Shown here in pieces: positions 58,903 to 64,000 of a stretch of DNA of 64,000 nt; positions within the stretch are counted from its first letter, which is position 1; every line of letters starts with the position of its first letter. The stretch spans positions 6,102 to 70,101 of the forward strand of contig CAYRHT010000001.1 of assembly GCA_964424195.1 (NCBI GenBank). Reading direction: 5' to 3'. The DNA is from an uncultured Gammaproteobacteria bacterium (lineage in GTDB: Bacteria > Patescibacteriota > Patescibacteriia > UBA1558 > S5-K13). A model generated the notes under the pieces. The model was not told where the DNA came from and did not search any database. It saw only the letters and a list, made by a program, of their open reading frames with translations. The position numbers and the translations under genes were made by a program.

Positions 58903-59912
58903 GAATTAATAAAAAAAATATGGGAATTGCATTAATTATACTACTAGTTATACTAGCTTTTTACTATTTAAAATTTGCTAAACATCATCCGCGAGAAATT
59001 AATTTAGATCAAGCTAAGGAAGATTATTGGGGAGTAACATTTTCTAGAAAATTTTGTGATGAAATTGGAGTTGATTGGAAAGAAACATATTTAGCTATGC
59101 TAGATGATTTAAAAGTAAAGAACATTAGAATTCCAATCTATTGGGATGAAGTAGAAATAGAAGATGATCGTTTTGATTTTTCTGATTATGATTTTATCTT
59201 TGATGAAGGAAAGAAACGAGGAGTTAAATTTACTGCTAATATTGGTTGGCGTTTACCAAGATGGCCAGAGTGCCATTCTCCTAAATGGGTCGCTAATTTA
59301 GAAGTTCCTGAAATTAAAGAAAAAACTATTGAAATGCTAAAGCCTGTAGTAAATCATTTTAAACATAGAGATGAAATAATCTATTGGCAAGTAGAGAATG
59401 AGCCTTTGTTAAATTCTTTTGGTATTTGTCCAGATGGGGATGAAAAATTCCTTAGAAAAGAAGTAAAAATGCTTAAGTCTTTAGATCAAAGACCAGTTTT
59501 AATAACAGCTTCTGGAGAATTAAGTTCTTGGAGGCAAGAGTGGGATATTGGAGATATGTTTGGAACTACTATGTATCGAGTTGTTTGGAATCCACTTACT
59601 GGGTATTTTAGATATCCTTTACCAGCTAGTTTTTACAAACTTAAAGCTAAGTTTTTAAAGTTAAAGCCAGGAAATATGATCATTTCTGAATTACAAGCAG
59701 AACCATGGGTTCCTAAAGGTACTTTAGCTAATCTATCACCTAGTGAGTCAAACAAGTCTTTTGATTTAGATCAATTTAAAGCTAATCTTCAATATGCTAT
59801 TAACGCTGATTTAAGTCATTGTTATCTTTGGGGAGTAGAGTGGTGGTATTTAAGAAAAATGAATGGAGCTTCAGAATATTGGGATTTAGCTCAGAGTTTA
59901 TTTAAGAAATAG
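58899..59912 (+). CDS. Membrane-anchored glycoside hydrolase, clan GH-A (GH5-like)
   Basis: YWQVENEPL contains the catalytic acid/base NEP motif of (beta/alpha)8 clan A hydrolases. N-terminal TM anchor. Confidence 0.45.
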   Translation: MRINKKNMGIALIILLVILAFYYLKFAKHHPREINLDQAKEDYWGVTFSRKFCDEIGVDWKETYLAMLDDLKVKNIRIPIYWDEVEIEDDRFDFSDYDFIFDEGKKRGVKFTANIGWRLPRWPECHSPKWVANLEVPEIKEKTIEMLKPVVNHFKHRDEIIYWQVENEPLLNSFGICPDGDEKFLRKEVKMLKSLDQRPVLITASGELSSWRQEWDIGDMFGTTMYRVVWNPLTGYFRYPLPASFYKLKAKFLKLKPGNMIISELQAEPWVPKGTLANLSPSESNKSFDLDQFKANLQYAINADLSHCYLWGVEWWYLRKMNGASEYWDLAQSLFKK

Positions 59913-59974
59913 ATATAATATAATTTAGATAAAACAAAAAACATCTAGCTTGGCTCGATGTTTTTTAAATACAT

Positions 59975-60631
59975 TTAATCCCAACTTAGAAGGCTATCAC
60001 CGGTAATAGGAATTGTTTCTCCTAAAAATTTTGGTTGAGCTTTGAGAATAATATTTAAATAAGCTTTGAAGCGAGCTGGAATTTCTCGCAATTCGCTTTT
60101 TTTAGCACTGATGTAAATATGTTTATCGGCCGCTACACCAACAGCGTCAATATTTAAACCCTGGGCAATATAGAGAGCACGGGGAAGATGAAATTTTTGA
60201 GTGACAATGATTAAAGAATCAACTTGAAAAACCTCCTTGGCTCGGTAAATACTATCATAAGTGTCAAAACCAGCATGATCTAAGAAAATGTCTTCTGCGA
60301 AGATGTTTTGTTCTAATAAATATTTTTTAACTGCATTTACTTCATCATAATTTTCTCGACCATGATCGCCGCTAACTAATATTTTTTCTACTTTTCCTTG
60401 TTGGTGTAATTCAATGGCAGTTTGGACTCGATCAAGGAGCATATCGCTCATTTGGCCATTCTCATAAACCTTAGCTCCTAAAATTAAAGCAGTTTGTTTA
60501 TTTGGTAAATACTTAGTAATATTTTGGTAAAGATATTTTTTACCAGTATTTTTTACATAAGCGTCAATTGAAAACAAGGATATTGTTCCAAGGATTAGTA
60601 TTATTAGGATTAATTTAATTATTTTTTTCAT
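59975..60631 (-). CDS. DUF218 (SanA/YdcF/ElyC-like) protein
   Basis: ALILGAKVYENGQMSDMLLDRVQTAIELHQQGKVEKILVSGDHG matches the DUF218 core. Confidence 0.6.
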   Translation of the reverse strand: MKKIIKLILIILILGTISLFSIDAYVKNTGKKYLYQNITKYLPNKQTALILGAKVYENGQMSDMLLDRVQTAIELHQQGKVEKILVSGDHGRENYDEVNAVKKYLLEQNIFAEDIFLDHAGFDTYDSIYRAKEVFQVDSLIIVTQKFHLPRALYIAQGLNIDAVGVAADKHIYISAKKSELREIPARFKAYLNIILKAQPKFLGETIPITGDSLLSWD

Positions 60632-60641
60632 ATTTTATGTT

Positions 60642-61385
60642 TTAGTCTTGAATTATTACTAAAGTATTTAAACCCTTATTATTACTTTCGGATAAAAAGC
60701 TAAATAATTCAACAACATCTTTATTAGACATAGCAATGCAACCCCAAGTCCATTCATTATACAAAGAAAATCCACCACCATGAATTCCAATTCCGCGGAG
60801 CAGTTTTTGATCGGGGTTTAGGGAGTTAAACTTTCTAATGGCTTTGTCAGTTTCTATCTTAGAGCTTTCTTTTTCAAAATTCATTATTCTTTCTGCCCCA
60901 TCTGAATAGTTGTTAATATAATTTGGTAGAGCAGTATTTAGAGTATTTAATCTCATCCAACGAGACCAACCATTAGTTACTTTATCCATTGTCTCAATTT
61001 TAAATATTCCTTCTGGAGTTTGATCATCTTCCCATATTTTTCGATCTGGTAATTCTCTCTTAATATTAACATTATATTCTTTAATAATTTGATTGTCTTG
61101 GTATAGTTTTAATTTATGCTCATCTTTGTAAATAGCTACTAAGTAACCTTGATGATCGGGAATTCCAATTACAGTTTTTGGGTACTCAGGATGATTATTC
61201 TTTTCATAGATTGTTAAACTTCTTAATTTTAAGGAGTTTAGAATTTTAAAACTTAAATTTTGAAGAAAGTATGTCTTTTTAAAAACAATAAATCCAGTAA
61301 AAAGCAGGATTAGAATTAAAAGGATGATAATTATTTTTTTCTTAGACATAAGTATAATTATTATAGCAATCTTTTGAGTAAACAA
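60642..61385 (-). CDS. L,D-transpeptidase (YkuD domain)
   Basis: GIGIHGGG...TWGCIAM matches the HG(x)n...(S/T)xGC catalytic motif. Confidence 0.7.
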   Translation of the reverse strand: MFTQKIAIIIILMSKKKIIIILLILILLFTGFIVFKKTYFLQNLSFKILNSLKLRSLTIYEKNNHPEYPKTVIGIPDHQGYLVAIYKDEHKLKLYQDNQIIKEYNVNIKRELPDRKIWEDDQTPEGIFKIETMDKVTNGWSRWMRLNTLNTALPNYINNYSDGAERIMNFEKESSKIETDKAIRKFNSLNPDQKLLRGIGIHGGGFSLYNEWTWGCIAMSNKDVVELFSFLSESNNKGLNTLVIIQD

Positions 61386-61416
61386 AAAACAATCGTTTAA
61401 ACGATTGTTTTTTGAT

Positions 61417-61491
61417 GGAGCGAGTAAGGGGAATCGGACCCCTCTCTCAGCCTTGGCAAGGCCGTGTAATAGCCACTATACGATACTCGCC
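61417..61491 (-). tRNA. tRNA-Gly(GCC), CCA encoded
   Basis: Hand-folded. Acceptor GCGAGTA/TACTCGC, anticodon loop TTGCCAA, T-arm AGGGG-TCCGATT-CCCCT. Confidence 0.7.
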
Positions 61492-61534
61492 TACCATACG
61501 ATACAAAATAGATATCGTAGGTAAATATTTAGAA

Positions 61535-62059
61535 CTATTTAGTTTCTTCTTTTTTATCTTCAGCTTTCTCTTCTTTAACTTCTGGTTTAACTTCTTCCTT
61601 AGGAGTTTCAGTCTTTTCTTCAGGAGTAGGTTTAGCTGGAGCTTCTTCTTTCTTTTCTTCCTTTGGAGTTTCTTTAGTCGGTTTATCCTCTTTAAGAGCA
61701 TCTTCAGTTTTTGATTCTTTTTTCTCTTCTTTTACCTCTTTAGATTTTTCTTCAGTAGCAGCTTTTTTCTCATCTATTTTAGCAGTTCTTTTTTTACTAA
61801 TCTTTACTGCTTTTTTCTTGTCAGCTTCAATGATACCATTTCTTACAAAAAGATTATGAACTGTGTCAGATGCTTGAGCACCTACTGATAACCAATATTT
61901 TATTCTGTCTTCTTTTAATTCTGTTTCTTTAGTTCGGGGATTATAAAAACCAAGCTTCTCTTTATAGTTAGCCCAAGGATCTTTATGTTTCTCCATGACA
62001 ACGATTCTGTAGATTGGCATTTTTTTTCTACCAATTCTTTTAAATCTAATACTTAACAT
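61535..62059 (-). CDS. rpsP: 30S ribosomal protein S16 with a long K/E-rich C-terminal extension
   Basis: MLSIRFKRIGRKKMPIYRIVV...YNP matches the bS16 N-terminus. Confidence 0.8.
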   Translation of the reverse strand: MLSIRFKRIGRKKMPIYRIVVMEKHKDPWANYKEKLGFYNPRTKETELKEDRIKYWLSVGAQASDTVHNLFVRNGIIEADKKKAVKISKKRTAKIDEKKAATEEKSKEVKEEKKESKTEDALKEDKPTKETPKEEKKEEAPAKPTPEEKTETPKEEVKPEVKEEKAEDKKEETK

Positions 62060-62143
62060 ATTTTGAATTTTTAATAATTAAAAAAGCGTTTTGTGACGTT
62101 CGCTGCTAGTATGATAATGTTTTTTTAGCCCAATGTCAAGCCT

Positions 62144-64000
62144 TTAATCACTATATTGTTCAGCTTGGTTGAAACTTATAGATAGTAGTTTAGAAATACT
62201 ATTATCATCCATTGTTACACCATAGAGTCTATCAGCCTTATGCATAGTAGCTCTATTATGGGTGATACAGATGAATTGAGTCTTATCCTTAAGATTATCA
62301 ACAATTTCAGCAAAACGCTCAGAATTAGCCTCATCTAGGGCTGCATCTACTTCGTCTAATACTACAAAAGGAGAAGGATTATTATAGATAATAGCGCAAA
62401 TTAAGGCAATGGAAGTTAAAGCCTTTTCACCACCTGATAGAAAGGTCATATTAGCTTGTTTTTTACCAGGAAGTTTTACTGAAATAAGAATATCAGAAAT
62501 AATCTCTGTTTTTCCTTCATAGGTTTTGTTTTTGATTTCTTCAACTACTTCTTGATCATCTTTTTCTTTAGAATCTTCTTCATTACTTTCTTCATCTTCT
62601 TTCTCTTCTTTTAGTTCCCGAGGAACTTCTTTCTTAATCGTTAAATTAGCATGTCCACCACTAAATAGTATTTGGAAATATTTATTGAAAGTTTCATTTA
62701 TCTTTTTAAAGTTTTGATGGAATCTTTCTTCTATCTTAATATTTAAGTCATCAATAATTTTCTTTAAGTTTTGAGAAGCTTTTTCTAAATCAACTATTTG
62801 TTTTTCTAAGAATTCATGTTTAGTTTTAACTTCATCAAATTCATTTTGAATGTCTTCTTCAATACCACCAATCTGACTAAGTTGTCTTTTGTATTTATTG
62901 ATTTCATTAAAGACTTCATTTTTATTAAGATCTTCAATATCATAATTTAGTTTCTCTTTATCTATTTCTTCATATTCTATTTCTCTATTTAAGTCTTCAT
63001 AATGAGCCTGATGTCTAGCTAGTTCAATATTTATATCTTGGATCTTTGAATTTTCTTTATTGAGTTCTTCTTGAATATTTCTAGCTTCTCTTTGCATCTC
63101 AAAGAGAGACTTTCTGTTTTCTTCATTTTTAGTATTTAAATTATCAAGTTCTTCCTTAGTTTCGGCTATGTCTTCCTCAAGTTTGTTAATTTTTTTATCA
63201 ATACTTTTAACCATTTCTTGAATTTCTTCATGAGCTTCAGTTTTGTCTTGAGAGTCAGCCATTTTTATCTCTAAAACAATTTTTTCTAATTTAGATTCTA
63301 TTTCAGATTGTCTACTTTCTAAGTTTTTTATTTTAATTTCAATAAGGCTCTTAGTGTTCTTTAATTCATAGATTTCATTAACATAAGAATCTTTATTTTT
63401 TAGATATTCTTGAAATTTATTCTGCAATTCTTTGTAATTTGTATTTTCTTCTCCAGAACCTTCTTGATTCATTCTTTTACTTAAGAATTCAATTTCCTTA
63501 CTAATGAAATATATTTCTTTCTTTAGTTCTTGATGAGCAATTTCTTCAATATTCTTAATAATTTCTTGAATTTTAGTATTTAAAGATTTAATCTTATTCT
63601 TAATTTCATTATCATCAGATTCGCTATTGTTTTCTAAGCTTTCTTCTAATTGAGATTGAATTTTATTTATTTTATTTACAAATTCATCTTGTTTTTCTGT
63701 TTTTTCTTCTAAGTCTTTTGTAATTTGAGTAAGATTGCTTTTATATTTCTCTAATTCTTTATCATTATTAGTTTTTTCTTCTTCTAATTCAGTTTTTTGA
63801 CTATTTAACCAATTTAAATTATCTTTCCCGCTATTAGAGAATTCTAAGTTAAGTTTTCCTTCATAAACAATTTTATCACGAACTAATTTATTCTTTTTAT
63901 TAGTTAATTCATTGTATTTTTCTTGAATTTCTTCAAATTGTTGGGAATAAGAGTTTTTAGATTCCTCTTTATTCAATTTATCTTGAATTTCATTAAGTTC
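62144..64000 (-). CDS. smc: SMC chromosome segregation ATPase (C-terminal portion; the N-terminus lies beyond the window)
   Basis: Long coiled-coil, ABC signature LSGGEKALTSIALICAI and Walker B VVLDEVDAALD at the C-terminus. The ORF is open at the window edge. Confidence 0.8.
   Translation of the reverse strand, partial: ELNEIQDKLNKEESKNSYSQQFEEIQEKYNELTNKKNKLVRDKIVYEGKLNLEFSNSGKDNLNWLNSQKTELEEEKTNNDKELEKYKSNLTQITKDLEEKTEKQDEFVNKINKIQSQLEESLENNSESDDNEIKNKIKSLNTKIQEIIKNIEEIAHQELKKEIYFISKEIEFLSKRMNQEGSGEENTNYKELQNKFQEYLKNKDSYVNEIYELKNTKSLIEIKIKNLESRQSEIESKLEKIVLEIKMADSQDKTEAHEEIQEMVKSIDKKINKLEEDIAETKEELDNLNTKNEENRKSLFEMQREARNIQEELNKENSKIQDINIELARHQAHYEDLNREIEYEEIDKEKLNYDIEDLNKNEVFNEINKYKRQLSQIGGIEEDIQNEFDEVKTKHEFLEKQIVDLEKASQNLKKIIDDLNIKIEERFHQNFKKINETFNKYFQILFSGGHANLTIKKEVPRELKEEKEDEESNEEDSKEKDDQEVVEEIKNKTYEGKTEIISDILISVKLPGKKQANMTFLSGGEKALTSIALICAIIYNNPSPFVVLDEVDAALDEANSERFAEIVDNLKDKTQFICITHNRATMHKADRLYGVTMDDNSISKLLSISFNQAEQYSD

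Noticed and set aside
61412-61714. ORFs 61412-61714 (+) and 61447-61701 (-)
   Set aside because: They cover tRNA-Gly and the antisense or alternative frame of the rpsP K/E-rich tail.

Overview
AT-rich (~30% GC) bacterial chromosome segment. Small housekeeping genes, unlinked rRNA genes and strong AGGAGG Shine-Dalgarno sites suggest a reduced, possibly CPR/Patescibacteria-like genome; this is inferred from gene content only. The window holds a 16S rRNA gene with no downstream 23S, 11 tRNA genes, and many well-supported housekeeping CDSs. The support comes from recognisable motifs in nrdD/nrdG, polA, holA, infB, rbfA, nrnA, clpP, ftsH, rpsA, rpsP, rpsT, rplS, trmD, ruvA, rny/ymdB, hup, lspA, smc and pilB-like. 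There is also a FemAB/Mur-ligase/C39-peptidase operon. The main unexplained structure is at ~0.8-5.9 kb. Four or five same-strand ORFs (acidic hypothetical, radical-SAM/SPASM plus small peptide, two hypotheticals) are separated by a ~100-150 bp repeat family. Each repeat has a hairpin whose stem differs between copies but is always perfectly compensated. The hairpin is bracketed by ...YTAAC / GTTR... boxes and followed by a conserved tail. The array ends next to a divergently transcribed small tyrosine recombinase. A site beside that recombinase shares the 7-bp GTTAGGC core with the proximal repeat. This layout resembles an integron-like cassette array, but the recombinase is Xer-like rather than a classical IntI. 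Other notable items are a tRNA-Ile with a UAU anticodon, an OLD-family ATPase/Toprim nuclease inside a glycosyltransferase/pilB cluster, an orphan PemK/MazF-like toxin, a cytidylyltransferase-TruB fusion, an NrdR-box upstream of nrdD, a CsoR-like repressor with a poly-C operator, and several small ORFs with perfect SD sites.
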